A DNA stretch of 59,314 bases, filler included, from Sluysia triapertura (Eukaryota): assembly GCA_046118255.1 (NCBI GenBank). It is 5 parts of 5 records of this genome, joined end to end, with 100 filler letters (N's around TTAATTAATTAA, not from the genome) between each part and the next. Parts side by side here need not be neighbours in the genome. Positions count along the whole stretch, not along the records: positions 1 to 11,631 come from JBJNIA010182657.1; positions 11,732 to 22,968 come from JBJNIA010186947.1; 3 more parts are not named here. One strand, 5' to 3'. Made by a program: the position numbers and the translations under genes. Within the stretch, counting starts at the first letter, position 1. Each line of letters begins with the position of its first letter. This document shows positions 1-14,029 of the stretch, one piece after another. Under the pieces are notes generated by a model that did not search any database, was not told where the DNA came from, and was given only the letters and a program-made list of their open reading frames with translations.

Positions 1-1240
1 ATTCCAAAAACATTTAACAAATAGAACCAATGTAAAGAATAGATAAACCTAAAAGTATCATGTGAAAATTGTAAAACATTGATATACATCTTAATTATAT
101 TTCACAGGTGATGATGAGATGGCAACAAGCGTTACTTATAAAAAGATGTTAATAAAGGAGATTTTATTACGCGTTTATGACTTGCCGACGATAAAAGGTG
201 TTATAATGTAGATATTGTGGATGAGTTTTATTTTAATATGATTTTTGTGATGAGGTTTATGTGGTTGATGGTGGTAGTGAATGAGATGTATGTAATATAG
301 TGGGGCGTAACATCACACCATGGTCTCTTTAAATTTCCCAGTTTACTTGTACAACGACTTCCCGCGTGTATCAATATAAAGTTGGTCAATTGTACTAGTT
401 TCATGACCCGATGAACTTGCATTTGAATTGTATCACTACCTTTCCATATGGTAAATTTCTAGTAAATGAGTAGAGTTTCGCCGTCGGCTATCCTATAGTT
501 TGTACGAACTCCTTTAAGTCGATATCTTTCATTACATCGTTGACATTCTAAATTGATCATTCAATGGGTGTGAATTTTTCATTTGTATTATATCATAAAA
601 TGACGGCCTTTATTTGTTACGTCATAGCTATCCTGAACTTTTCACATTTAAATTACTTAGATTAGTTCTGATCAATAGTTTTGTTATAATTACATAAAAA
701 ATTAACCTAAAGTAATAAATTAACCCTTTAAAATTTAAAATATAAACTAATTTAACTTTTAGAACATTAAAAATAAACAAATTTAATCTTTTTTTATTAA
801 CTTTACATAACAATATAAAAATAAGGAACAATAGATTACTTTTATAAAACATAAAGATTACTGTCATTGTTCAGCGTTGCTTCTGAAGCCGCAAATGATT
901 TCAAGTATATCAAATTTTCCTTGCATCACTTTTTTTGACGAAAAATTCACGAAAATATAATAATACGTGGATAGAGTTTCTTATGCATTGTTTATTGATA
1001 AATAAACGTTGGATTGGTTCCATTTCCGTACGAACATCACCATGGTAAAAAGAAAATACCAAAAGATTATATACATTTAATAACTTTATACATTATTGAT
1101 TTTATTTTACAAAATTTTTAATTAATATATTTAAGTTTATTTAAGATTCTTAACTAACGTAATTAAAAATATTAGTTCCGTAAACGGCACGAAGACTTAA
1201 ATTAAATTTTTAATCTTTTCGCGATTAAGAAGAATTAATA

Positions 1241-1825
1241 GCTGAATTGATAAAGTGGTTTGGAAATAAATATTTGAAAATCAATGAAGATAAATCAGAA
1301 TTTATAACCTTCAGTAGCAAAAATAACCAAAAAAATGTAAGTAGTGAGATGCTGGAAGCTAATTAAAAGTAGATAATATGGGATTCAAAATTTATGTAGA
1401 AAAAAATATTAAATGTATTAAAAATATCAAATATTCGGAAATTTATTAATAAACCAATAATTTACTCGTTGATAACTAATAATATAGATTTTAATAATGA
1501 TGCATTATACTCATTTTCATAGAGAAAAGTTCGAAAATTGCAATTACTGTTGAATCAATCAGCAAGACTAATTGGCTACCAATAAAATAAAAATAGAACT
1601 CAAAATCAGGACAATAATTTATGGAAGACCTGAATATATTTTGTAAATAATAAAAATTTAGAAAGCATAATAAATATAACGATTTCAACAGAATCCGTAC
1701 TAATAATGAGATATGGAAATATTTAAGAAATAGGTATTTTAGAAAAATTTTAAGCGCTTCTGAGTACTTAATTTGTAATAGATATTAGCGCATTATAAAT
1801 TATTATATTACTATTATAATAGTTT
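1241..1825 (+). mobile_element. Decayed 3' part of an L2/CR1-group non-LTR retrotransposon
   Basis: Translates to KWFGNKYLKINEDKSEFITF (RT C-terminal WxxxNxLKLNxxKTE motif) and LNQSARL..WLPIK. Ends in AAGCGCTTCTGAG...AGCGCATTATAAAT plus a (TAT)n tail, the same 3' end seen at ~34478 and ~42370. Confidence 0.7.
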
Positions 1826-4800
1826 ATTATTATTATTTTCTTTGTCGTTCTGGATTCATTAGGCTTAAAATTCAACACGCACACCATCTTGAAGTATGAT
1901 TCAATTTGAAAGCATCTTTTATCTTCCTGAGAAAACTTGGTTTGATTTTCTGCGGCATTTTTTAAGAGTTATCTTGCTAATGATACAACCCATCCTGCTA
2001 TGAAAAGCTTTTTTGTTATTAAGATTTCTACGTTTTCTATCAACAACGATGTCGAGATATTCAATATTGCTGTTCAGGAAAGAGATTAAATATGTGATAA
2101 TTAATTTCCAAGTTTATATTTTCGGCTTTTAGAGATTTACTTTTATGTAATTAAACTAAGTAGGCTAAATCTTGAATTAATAAGTTTGTTACACATACAT
2201 GTATAATTATTATCAAGCTCTATCGAGTTGAACAAATCAGATTTTATTTTCTTTTAAATTCTACTGAATGTATGATGAAAGCAACATTTGATAAAGTACA
2301 TAGTATTGTCAAATTTATTTTTATATTGTAATTTTTCTATCATTGAAAATATTCTTAAAAATAATGTAATTAAAACAATCATTAAATTTCAACAATTATT
2401 ATTATATTTGATTTGTATTACTGAATTAGATGACAATTATTAGGTGGTAACCAAATTATTAGACTAATCATACTATGAAACTGTTTAATTTAATAATTTA
2501 CTGCTAAATAACTGTTTTTTGCAAACTTAACTTAATTCTGAATGCTTTCTTGCACGAATGAATTTAAATATACTAAAGTATTTTATCTATACGATTACAG
2601 CAAAAAAATTAATCTTTCAAGCACAAACTTAAAAGGTTTTAATATTTTCTCAACTTTATCAATATACAAATTCTCATCCCTTTGACAATAACTTAAACTT
2701 ATTTATGTCAAGGTATTACTTCTTAGCAATGGTTTAAACTTCTTCAATCATATATATCCAGAATAGTTCAGTCTCTTAATGATTATCTTATCTTAATAAC
2801 TCTTTATATCCTTGCTTTATATATCATCTTTATGTTTTATTTTATGTGAGAACGTGAGTTCGCATATTCGTTCGATGACAAGTTTTTAATTAATGAAAGT
2901 AAAAAAATACTCAAATTCAAGTAAATATTACGTCAACTATGATGTGATCTTTAGCTTCAACCTAAATTCTATTTTATTAAAGTAAGCGTTATTTTTTAAT
3001 TATAATTTCTTCGGGACTCTGCACCAAATCGATATTAATTCAATAAAAAAATAATTATGTATGAAAATAATTAACAGTAATTCCAGATTAGGTTAATCAA
3101 ATTTATATTAGGATAAATAAATTTTATTTTACAAAAATATAAATTTACAATTTTTATTCAAACTTTAGCAATATTTAACTTTAACAATATTCGAAAATGT
3201 TCGTTTTCTAATAACAGTTATGTTCGATTTGTATTGGTAAGTCTTCTCGTTCTAGCTTGTGATATCGTTGTTGACACGAAATAATTCTATTATTTATTCA
3301 TAGTTTCGGTTGTTATTGTTCTTCTGGAATTCTTCTCTGTTTAAATTGTAGTTTTATTTTTTCATAATCTTTTAACTTCCTCGCAAAGTTACAAATATCT
3401 ATGAAGTCATATGTTAATGCAAATTCGGCTTTAATTGCAGTTCCATAAAATATTGGAGCCGATTGCGCCATATTTATGTTTACCATGTTATTGTGCTTTG
3501 AGTTACAATTAAAGATACATTATCTATTTTACAGCAACTTTACAAATTTTATGCTAGCTTTAGGTGTATAGTACTCATGACTGTTTACTTCTAGTTCCAC
3601 TGGGTTAAATATTGTTGAAGTTCTTTCTAGAAAGTTGAAGATAATTAAGATCCAATGATTGTGGACATGTTATCTCGATTTTTTCATACATTTCGGAGGT
3701 GATATTTTCAGCTATTATCTTAGAGTGAATTGGGGATAAAACTAATTTTATTGCTTATACTTTTCCTGATAAGAATTTCTACAATGGATTTCTCCATTAC
3801 TTTGGAAATGAAATTTTGCACTAGTTTCATGATTCTATTAGGTTAACAATTTTCCTTCCCAGGCTTATTCCTGTATTAATATATTTTAATTGAAGTATAG
3901 TTTCAAAAGATATAAGATTGTAATATATTTACTTAAAAATTCTTTATGAAAATCAACTTCATCATTAGTGCAATCATAATAAATTAAAATAAAACACAAA
4001 CTATTATATTTTCTTTACTAAACATTGACATGGGGAATTTTGAAAGAGAAAAATCATTAAGGATCAAAAGAGATAGAGAATTAACAAGACTTAATTTTAC
4101 ATTAAGTGTTTTCTCTTTCAGGAACTCTGCTTGTTCGTTGTCTCCTGAGGTTATATACATTTATACCATACATTTATATACCATATAGGATTAGGAACAT
4201 CTAATGTCGACCAATGCTTGTAACTAATGAAATCATCAGATGTAAACCATTGCCTTGTATAATATTGTGGGAACTACTAATTTTTGTAGTTTTATATATG
4301 ATAATATCGTAACTTTTTACGTTGCGGTGAGTTATTGTAAGTTTTAAAATTTAGTGAATAATTTTAATAATAAATAATGATGATGATTTTATATTTATGT
4401 CAAGCTTCCCTTTCGTATTTATTTTCACTCACGATTCCTCGATTATATTCAATCTTACATTCAGGTTTGGTTCCGTGTTTATGTTTACATCAGATTTTAG
4501 CTTTACTTTTAGTTTGTACTTTTAATTTCAATATCAATTTGGATTTCAATTTTACACTTAGCTTTGACTTCATATCTGCATTTGTTAAGCTTAAGTCTAA
4601 TTTTAACCTGGTTTTTATTATCTTTAGCTTAAGCATTAATTTTGATTATAATCTTATCGTTATTATCTTTAACTTTCGCATTCACAAACAAAAGAAAATA
4701 ATATCATATCATTCATACTTATAACACAATGATAAAAGATAAAATATAAAGTAAGAACAACTAATCACACCAATAAAAAGTGTTATCTCAATCCGTACGA

Positions 4801-5814
4801 CAGGTTCCGAGTTACACGCGCGGCCCATTTCAGCTTTCCTGTAACACACGGAATTCTAGTGCTACTGTTTTGAACGATAATAAAATGCTTAATATAGCAA
4901 TAATTATAATATATTATAATTATATAATATAATTATAATTAAAAAAATTATGCGTTTAAAAGTCTGAAAGTGTATTATGCAATTTCGTCAACTTAAAAAT
5001 AAAGTTTCAAAAATTATATTAAAATGATGTAATTAGCTGCATTCCAAAATCATTCATACACCTCTGTTTCAGTTTTATCTATGGAATTTAGCAGTCCTCA
5101 TCGCCTTTGAGAGATTTTAATTTCTGCAACGCTATCCCTTTGTCTATATTGATGTGTAATTTTTGTATAAGGATTTCTGGTTTTGTTTTAAGACAAAGGT
5201 TTAAATTAAAATTTGTTTAAATAAAACTTATTTAATATTGTCGAATTTGATTGCAAGAATGACGAAATGGCATGAAAAATAATGAACTTTTATTTAGCGA
5301 TTTGGTACAGTTAAGTAATAAGTTTTTGTAAAATATCCTTAAATAAATTTTATTTCAGTTAATATCATTATATTTTATTGCATTGTCGTAAATAAATTTT
5401 AATTAAGTAGAACTTTGATTTTTATTTTTCGAGACTAAAGAGGTAATTTAAATCCAAAAACTTTTATTTCTTTTGGTTGTTTCGATCGTTTACTATTTAA
5501 ATAAAATTTTAATTTAAGTTATTCGACATAAAAGATTCAATTAGTAAAATAAATTGAATAAAATATTCAAATTTTACTTTATAACTATCTTTTAAAATGT
5601 TAAATCTAACTTTATTAAATAAGAAATATATATAAAAATATGGAGTAAACTGATTTAATTATTTCAACATTTTTTTACACAAATTGTTAAATTCACACTA
5701 AATTTGTATTTTTTCTAGTTATGTGTCGAGGCAACTAAGGTCCAAATTCTAAAAAAAATACACAAATTGATTTATATCATAATTGATTAAATTAATATGA
5801 AACATTACTTTCAA

Positions 5815-5990
5815 GTTTTTCTGGATGGTCGGATTAACTGATTGGATTTCCCAACTTGACAATATAGAATAGATTCTTTCACTGTGATTGATCAAGTTAG
5901 ACGGGTAACCAACAATATCTCTGATTTTATAAGTTTGGTGACAAAATTTACAATTACCACGATGCCCAGAGCATTCGCCGTATAATTAAT
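5815..5990 (-). pseudogene. Degenerate BED zinc-finger fragment, probably from a hAT transposase N-terminus
   Basis: Minus strand reads GNCKFCHQTYKIRDIVGYPSNLINHSERIY: C-x2-C...SNLxxH-x4-(H>Y, one base change CAT>TAT). Flanks contain stops. Confidence 0.45.
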
Positions 5991-7879
5991 AAATAAACTG
6001 ATATTAGAGAGTCCGTATTCATGTAGCAATTGTTAAACAACCTCGATTTTATCTGACGAATAATTTTGTCTAACGAATTTGAATAATACTTAAGATTTAA
6101 GTAAACAGTTTCTAATGTTTGTAACACAATTCGTTCTTGTTACAGAACCATCATGAATTTATTGTTTTACTGTATAATATGTCAAGTACATTTTCCTTCT
6201 AAATATTATATTATAACTTACACTAGAGCTAAATGGTTTTTACATTTCTGTAGTAATATGATAGAATTCATATATTTGGTTTTCATTTTTGTTTAGTGTT
6301 TCTATAGCAACTTAATAAAGTAACACTTTTATTTAGTCTCTGTATTTCCATTTATCATTAATTTGTATCTATTTTCTTTGATGTGTATTTTCTTTATTTT
6401 TATTGGCTAAGGATTTGTTATTAGAAAATGAATTTTAACTTTATTGTATTCATTAACTTGGTAATGTATTTTTAAATTTATTTTTATAATGTTACTGAAT
6501 TAATACAAATAATAGTTTTATTCTTTGTGAAATTTTGTATTTTTGAAGTATTTTTATTATTTTACTGTTGATTGGTTCTTCGGGCCATTGCAAACACAAA
6601 GAATTGAATCACGAGCAACTAGAGAAAAATAGAATATATTATATAAATACAACTTATAAAATAAATATACTGAAATAAATAAATAAAATAAATATACTTA
6701 TTTAAATATTCCAAATGATACATTCTGAAATTTAAAATTTTATTTAATTTATAATAATATAATAAGTGTCGAAATTTTGATCACATTATGAAAAAAATAA
6801 CAAAGCAACCGAAGAAATGTGCCATTACAAATGTGAAATTTGTAATACTTAAAAAGTATGTATTATCAAAATAGATATAAAAAGTTTAATAGTGAAGATT
6901 GTGAGATAACTTTTATTTTTTTTATAAATATTTCTATACTTTGTGAGTCGCCTATGATGTTGGGCCAACTCGTAGGTGTCAGCGAAAGAATAAGGATGCG
7001 AACTTTGTTGGAGGTCAAAAAGAAAATAAAATGTTCTATGATTGAAATTCCGCTAGTAATGCGAGATTAATATTGATAATTTATATTATATCTAAATTGA
7101 TCTGGATATTAATTGTTAATTTTTATAAATTATTATTATAATCTCTATTTTAGATAATATTATGACTATTTAAATTTAATATTTACGTAAAGTCAAATCA
7201 AAAAACTAAAATTCCGAGAGAAAAATTTATTATTCAAGTAACTTAACAATAGCATTAAAGAACAAATGTAATATACATGATACACCTTATAAAAGCTTTT
7301 AAATCGAATTATTGAAATGACCACTCTTTAAAATATTCACAATAAAAATTTTAATTAAAATCTTATGTTAATATAATTTTGTCAAAAAATTATCAAATTT
7401 TCTCAAAGGATAATTATGCTTTGATTTAATTTTATTAATTAAAAATTTTGATTGTATATCTATTATATAAATACAAAAATTTTACAGATTTTACGTAAAT
7501 TTTAAAATTTATTTTTAAAAATTAGTATTACAATAATATAAACTAATGATGCATTTTCCTTTGTAATCCTTTTTCAAGCAATTTTGTAAAACCTTTCTTT
7601 TATTTGAAATTAGTTTACACTTATAAAAAATTGTTCACCAAATATTATTGGTTACTAATTTCAATTCATAAATACTGCTTTGATCTGCACGCATGTATGA
7701 TATAGTTCAATTAATAGTAATAATAATAATTCTAAAATAATAATATTAAAAATTTATTAAATAAAAATATTGTTAATAAATAATGATTAAAAATATAACT
7801 ATTTAAAACTATTTAATATTTATATATTTAATATCTTTAGTTAATATTTTCATTTAACACAAAAATTTTTCATTAACAA

Positions 7880-8325
7880 GATAAAGCTAAGTCTGGAAGA
7901 CCTAGGTCATTTGATTATGGACTCGATTATTGTCTCATAGAAATAACATATCTTCAATTCTAAAAAATCGTATGAATGATAAAGGGGATTTTTCAATCGA
8001 GTTGTTAATGTGACGAAATATGGATTTACTATAAAAATTCTGTCAAATATCATGTTTGATAATATAAAAATGATAATTCGATCAGTATATATTATGAGTA
8101 CATTCCTATTAGCCGAAACATAACAGTCATGATCTCGTGTCATCAAATTATCATTTATTCAGATCGATAGAACATTTTCTTTGTGGTCGAAAGTTCACGG
8201 AAAACTTTTTATTGTTCCAAAAACAAGGATGGATTCGAAAAAGGAATTTTATATTTAGCTTTTACATTTTTAAATATGATAAAGATGTAATGAATATAGG
8301 TGGCCAAATTATTAGACTAAATTAA
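7880..8325 (+). mobile_element. mariner transposase remnant with large internal deletions
   Basis: Colinear motif relics KSGRPRSFD, (FFNRVV)-CDEIWIYYKN (cf. IVTGDEKWIYYDN) and SHDLVSSNYHLFRSIEHFLCGRKF (cf. YSPDLAPSDYHLFRSL), compressed into ~450 nt. Confidence 0.75.
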
Positions 8326-8384
8326 TTATTAAACTATTAATTTATTAAGCTATTAATAAGGTGTATAAATATATCCATTTATCT

Positions 8385-8595
8385 AGAGTTCTCACGGAAA
8401 ATGTAAAATGTTGCAAAATAACTATTTTCTCCAAAAAAATTTCTGGTGAAACTAAAATAATAGATAAAAATACTTAGATCCAAAACATACAGACATTTTA
8501 TTCATGTAGAATGTGATAACACAATTTACTACAAATCAAATATGTACAAACTGTTGTATCAGTACTTTCTTTGCCCTCCTTTGTTATCTAATAAT
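8385..8595 (-). mobile_element. Tc1-like element 3' terminal segment, copy A (near-identical to 10776-10990)
   Basis: AGAGTTCTCACGGAAAATGTAAAATGTTGCAAAATAAC...CAGTACTTTCTTTGCC occurs at both loci in the same orientation. Copy B continues into transposase C-terminal coding sequence. Confidence 0.7.
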
Positions 8596-8599
8596 ATCT

Positions 8600-9396
8600 G
8601 TGTTGTGATAACAGGGTTCTTTTGAACTCCTGATACCATTTTTGTTGTTTAATATAATTATTTAAACAATTTTAAATAGAATTCATTCTTTGTTGTATTG
8701 TGAATTTTGAAATAAAAAACAATTTATAAATGAACTACAACCACATAAAATTTTATTAAGATCACATTGAACGTTTATTATTTTAATTCTGGATGATGTG
8801 CCAACTCTTGATCCAACTATTTCATCATCTAAATAAAAATCACAAAAATTAATATCATTTCAAAAAGAATAATAAATAATTACATTGAGTTCATGGATAC
8901 ACAAATTGTTATTTATCGTGTTTTGATTTGAAACTTTGAGGCTACTTAAGAGAATGATAGTTGTAGCTTGAATCGCTTTCCTTGGTTGACCTCAATTCGC
9001 AGACTGTGTGAGCGTACAGCAATTACTTAATTTGTACATCAACATAAATAGGATTATTATGTAATAACCTTTTTAATTGTCGGAATTCATCCATCACCTT
9101 TAGAACATCTTGAAGTGTATAATTAGAACTTTGAATCAGAAATCCATATTGGAGTTGATATAATTTTTAATAAATTATTGCCAATTTCTTTTTCAACGGC
9201 ATACTTTAATTAAGACTATCAAAACTATTACCAATCGATAATTTGTAATGCCAAAGCGACATCCGCAATTTAATAAACTGAATTTAATAAATGTCTCTCC
9301 AGGTAATAAGTGTATTAATACTGAATCGGTACATTGTAATTGATTATGCGATATCTAACTATCCATTATAAATGTAAAACTTGAAGGATCATCCAT
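8600..9396 (-). pseudogene. Myotubularin-related (MTMR3/4-like) pseudogene, N-terminal PH-GRAM region
   Basis: From the ATG at 9396: MDDPSSFTFIMDS*ISHNQLQCTDSVLIHLLPGETFIKFSLLNCGCRFGITNYRL, matching myotubularin LLPGE...ITNYRL. Stops and frameshifts present. A GT-AG intron relic lies at 8829-8883. Confidence 0.5.
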
Positions 9397-9824
9397 TTAC
9401 ATAAAAGGAATGAATAAACATGGTTTTCTTAATAATAGTAATTTCTATTTTTTAGTACGTTTCTCTTTTTTAGCCGACAAATTCCAGGTAATTAATATTG
9501 TATAATAATTTTTTGTTGTACTGCACAATATAATTTTCACTGGTAAAAAATTAATTATTGATTGGTTAATTTAATGATAAAAGCAGTGATACTTGTTCTG
9601 GTTGGATGGTCAACATAAACACACAGATTATGAATTACAAATTAAATGATTGATGCACAAGTAAACTAGACAAACCATCATCAACAGTAACGGTAAACCG
9701 CAGATGCAAATTAAAACGTCGCTGCTGATGATGGCAGCTACTAAATTAAACAAATTAATTTTAAAGTACAAATGATAATACTAATAATAAAGATGGTAAT
9801 AATAATAATGAGTAATGTAAATTT

Positions 9825-10090
9825 TTAATAATAGGTTGGCCACCACATTCTGATCCTTAAAGGCATGCAATGTATGAGTTTGGAGTACAATTCTTTGATC
9901 TCGTCATTGTGATGCCATATTTTTATCAGGGTTTCTATAAGTTCCGTCCTGGTGGTTGGTTTATAAATAGAAACTCTTCTTTTGACAATCTCCCACACAT
10001 TTTCTATGGTATTCATATCTGGAGAGTTCCATGCCAGGGTAGCAGCTTAACCATGATCATCGAGAAACATTTGCCTGTTTTAGTCTAATA
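9825..10090 (-). mobile_element. Tc1-family transposase C-terminal fragment
   Basis: LLPW-(frameshift)-NSPDMNTIENVWEIVKRRV...ELIETLIKIWH...LIHCMPLRI, the canonical WPxxSPDLNPIENxW region. Confidence 0.85.
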
Positions 10091-10305
10091 ATTTAGCCAC
10101 ATTCAATTTATTTGTCTTAAAGTAACGAATAAACTAACGCTCATTTAAAAACGAGATTACCCTACTTTACCCTTAGGAAGCACATGAATTCAATGACTTT
10201 TGAAACTTAAAAATGTCTTTTTATTGTTGGAAAATTCGCGACTAATTTAAATAAGTTAATTTACCAGACCTAAAAGGGTTTGTAACATACTTTGTACAAT
10301 TTCAG

Positions 10306-10551
10306 GTTCACACTATTCCAGCAGAAACATTTCGCAACGTACTGAACTATGTCTACGGTCATTGCAAACTCGGTCTAACAGCTACATTGGTTCGGGAAGA
10401 TAATAAAATTGATGATCTGAATTTCATAGTCGGTCCAAAACTGTATGAAGCTGATTGGATGGAATTGCAGGATCTTGGTTTTATTGCTAGAGTTCAATGT
10501 ATGGAAGTTAGATGCCCTATGACTGCAGAATTTTTTATTGAGTATCTTAAA
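10306..10551 (+). CDS. ERCC3: Single internal exon of TFIIH helicase XPB (helicase motif II end / motif III region)
   Basis: ttcag|GTT CAC...CTT AAA|gtaaga. 82 stop-free codons: [82 protein letters not shown], matching XPB (DE)[45 protein letters not shown]. Confidence 0.92.
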
Positions 10552-10775
10552 GTAAGAATTATAATATTAATTTGCAAACACAGTGTTTTCGTATGTAATA
10601 TCTGAGACTACAGAAATCCTTCACGAAAACGATGTTATTCTAGTGGAACTAGACATTTTTTTAAAAAAACAATTATAATTAGAGGTTTTATCGTGCTAAA
10701 GAAATTGACAAAATAAATAATCGAATGAAAAGAAGTCATTTTTGTGATAAAATTCAACATTTTTCATTGATACGG

Positions 10776-11075
10776 AGAGTTCTCACGGAAAATGTAAAAT
10801 GTTGCAAAATAACTACTTTCTCCAAAAAATTCCGGTGAAAGTAAAATAATAGATAAAAATACTGAGATCCAAAACATACAGAAATTGTATTTATGTAGAA
10901 TGTGATAACACAATTTACTATAAATCAAATATGTACAAAATGTTTTATCAGTACTTTCTTTGCCATCCCTTTTTTTGTTATCCAATAATTTCATGATCTT
11001 TAAAAAGGCATGTTACGTATGGGATTTGGCTCAAGTCTTTGATCTCGTCATCGTGATCCCATACTTTTATCAGTT
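10776..11075 (-). mobile_element. Tc1-like element 3' end with transposase C-terminus, copy B
   Basis: Minus strand LIKVWDHDDEIKDL..., paralogous to LIKIWHHNDEIKEL of 9825-10090, followed by the ~210-nt segment duplicated at 8385-8595. Confidence 0.75.
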
Positions 11076-11631
11076 CTGTGGTTTTTATGTTGAAAAGACC
11101 TAAGGAGCAAAATAAATAAGAACTGGATATGACTTCGGCTAATTAGATACGTTTTATATCGAAATGAAGACAGTCTGATTAGGATTTCTTAATAGCTGTC
11201 AGAAATGATGGTGTTAAGATAATTGTTTTATATTCACTTTACGAAATTTGAAAATTAAGACAGCTTTTTACGGTCTGATCAATGATTATGTAATTTTAAT
11301 TAATAAAATCTTAGCGGAATGAAATTATATTAATCACCAAAAAAAGTAAGGATAAATCTTACAGATAACAAAAAACGCAAATTATATAATAACAAAATAC
11401 AATTTACAACCTTAAGCTTAAGGCTTAGGCGATTTAAAAATTGAAATTTAAAATTACAAATTTACCTAGCCTTAGTCTAGGAAATAAAATAATACAATAG
11501 GTAGGATTTTAAATAGCCCTATCATGTTATAATTAGGACTTTAATAAACTTGTATAATAAAAAATTAATTATGCATGGATTGTGTTTAAAGAAATTTCTA
11601 GATGGAACGATATCGAATCTTCAAATCCGGA

Positions 11632-11731
11632 NNNNNNNNNNNNNNNNNNNNNNNNNNNNNNNNNNNNNNNNNNNNTTAATTAATTAANNNNNNNNNNNNN
11701 NNNNNNNNNNNNNNNNNNNNNNNNNNNNNNN
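11632..11731. other. Artificial contig-joining spacer (N44-TTAATTAATTAA-N44)
   Basis: Identical 100-nt linker with stops in all six frames; occurs four times in the window. Confidence 0.98.
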
Positions 11732-13077
11732 TTAAAGCGATTCTGCATATATTAGAATATTTTAGATTAAGTTTATTACCGCAATTATTAAATCATACAA
11801 TTTGTTTTATTACTGACGTTGAACGTCAACTCTCTTTTTAAAAACATATTTATAATTATTAAATCACCTGCTTAATAATGAATGTGCATTATGATTGAAA
11901 CGTTAAGCATGATTTAATATCGAAAGAACTCGTGTTATGCTGATTAGTTACCAGCTAATGTTAATTCTTTAACATAATAGCAATAACCATAATAATATTA
12001 TAGTAATAATTGATAATTATATAATATAACCAATAATAATATAATATGCTAATAAATAATTATAGTAATATTATGAATAACAAAATATTTGTTATTTAAA
12101 TTATTAATTATTATTTTAATTAAGATGTAAGCTTAGGCAATTAAACTTGTAAAAGTGGCGTGATACATTGCTACACACATGATAACTCAAAAAATGTATA
12201 TATAGTTGTTTTAGTCAGCTTCAAAGAACGATAATTTTTAATTTTGAATTAAAGTAGTAAATTTGTAAAGTGTCGATCGACAATATTTTCTCGAATTTTA
12301 CTTTATTACACCCAGCTCTATAAAGATTTTTGCAACTAGGAAAAGATATTGTTATAGCAATATTAAGGAGAATGCTCAGCCAAAAAAGTGAATCAACAAG
12401 GACAATTTAATGTAGCAACATTTTTGGGATTCATTTTAGTTAGATTATTCGTGTCAAAGAGACTTACTTAAAGTAAATATAGTAATTTTTTTTCGTTAAT
12501 TTAATTTATTACTGCTAAAATCAATAATCTAAACCTATCAGATCATATTAATAGGTCTTAATAATCAACCTTGTTGGAATTATTGTCTTAATGTTGTTAT
12601 TTTGTAATATGTATCATTGAGTAATTGTTATTTTGGTAGAATACAATTTAAAGGTCTTCCTTATTGCTTTAATAAATCAACAATTACCGAATAAACATTA
12701 ATTGAAGTTAATAAAATTAACTTATAAACACTTTCACATTTACCTAACCCAGTGATGTCATCGCAATCATTATTGATCTTAATTAAAATAGCGAACCAGT
12801 CACGTTTTCGTCAAGAATCTATTCAAACTTTTGTTAACAAACTTATAAGGTCATAAGTTAATTAAAATAGGCGAACCTAGTCTTTTCTATTTCGCTCAAG
12901 TTAACAAAAAGCACAATACAAAGAAGCAAGCTAAGATGAAACAAAAAGAAAATCTTGTATATACAACCTTTTTTGATATTCTCAGTGATTCAATCAAGAA
13001 ACTCATCTTATGAAACAAATAGATGGTAATTGCTTTCATGAACTAAAGTTACGTAAATGTTTAATTATAACATCGTT

Positions 13078-13079
<2 letters not shown>

Positions 13080-13137
<58 letters not shown>
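13080..13137. repeat. (AAT)n microsatellite
   Basis: Uninterrupted trinucleotide run. Confidence 0.95.
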
Positions 13138-13841
13138 TTAAATTATAATTAAATATGAGATAAAATGAATGAAGAATTGAATGAATGAATGAATGAAAAT
13201 GACGAATACCGGAAGATTAGAAAAATTATTATTATTATTATTAATATTTCAAAATAAATATGAGTATTTGAAAACGAAAGTTAGATACTTTAAAGTAATG
13301 AATGTTGGATTAAAAAATGTTTCAATGTTTCAAAACGAATATCTGAATAGATTTAAATTAATAAATGAAATATCTGAATGTTTAAATTATGATGAATGTT
13401 TATGAATGATATAAGAGATTTGATATTCTATGAATAAATTAATTAACAAATTAATAAATATAACTAAAATTAATATTAACGAAACTATAAATGTTAACAT
13501 GAAACGGTGATCCACACTTAATTATTGAATAATTTTTGTGTTGTATGCTGAAAAGTATAATAAAATAAATATTATAATAATAGGGAATATTAATGAAACT
13601 AAAAATGAAATGGTGAACCATACATAATTATTCGATGTTGTTATACGTACAATGAAATAAATAGTTGATGAAAATAATAGTAGGTGAAATGTTTGACGAA
13701 ATGTGAATATTGATTACGTTGAATGGTGAGCCATGTTAATGCTGAAGAGTAGTTAAAATAGGCATATTGATTATAATACATTAAATTGAATTTAGTCTAA
13801 CATGTCATGAATATAAAGTAATATAAAATACTTACATAGTA

Positions 13842-14029
13842 CACCTATCGCTCGATTTACACAGTAGATAGGTTCCTGAGAAAAACGTGTAAATCGAAAT
13901 TGCAAATTATTAAATGTAAAAACGTTAAAAATCGTTCCTTTTACTTTCAATATTTAATTTTAAATTTTTTTGAACTGTGTAAAAGCGCAAATGTGTAAAA
14001 AATGTACAAGTTAAAGCGTGAGATAAGTG
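13842..14029. mobile_element. pogo/Tigger-type MITE, ~188 nt
   Basis: TA|CACCTATCGCTCGATTTAC ... GTTAAAGCGTGAGATAAGTG|TA: imperfect TIRs with TA flanks. Internal inverted pair TCGATTTACAC/GTGTAAATCGA. Confidence 0.6.

Noticed and set aside
228-422. Kringle-like RPWC in a minus-strand ORF
   Set aside because: No other kringle cysteines or the CRNPD motif.
4377-4724. 115-aa hydrophobic ORF
   Set aside because: Low-complexity, 6-nt-periodic T-rich DNA with no family signal.
4836-4860. Helitron 3' end (hairpin + CTAG-T)
   Set aside because: The hairpin is weak and only 2 nt from CTAG. No 5' end or second copy seen.
11632-11731. TTAATTAATTAA between N runs as a biological motif, and gene neighbourhoods spanning the spacers
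   Set aside because: Artificial six-frame-stop linker. The contigs on either side are not known to be adjacent.
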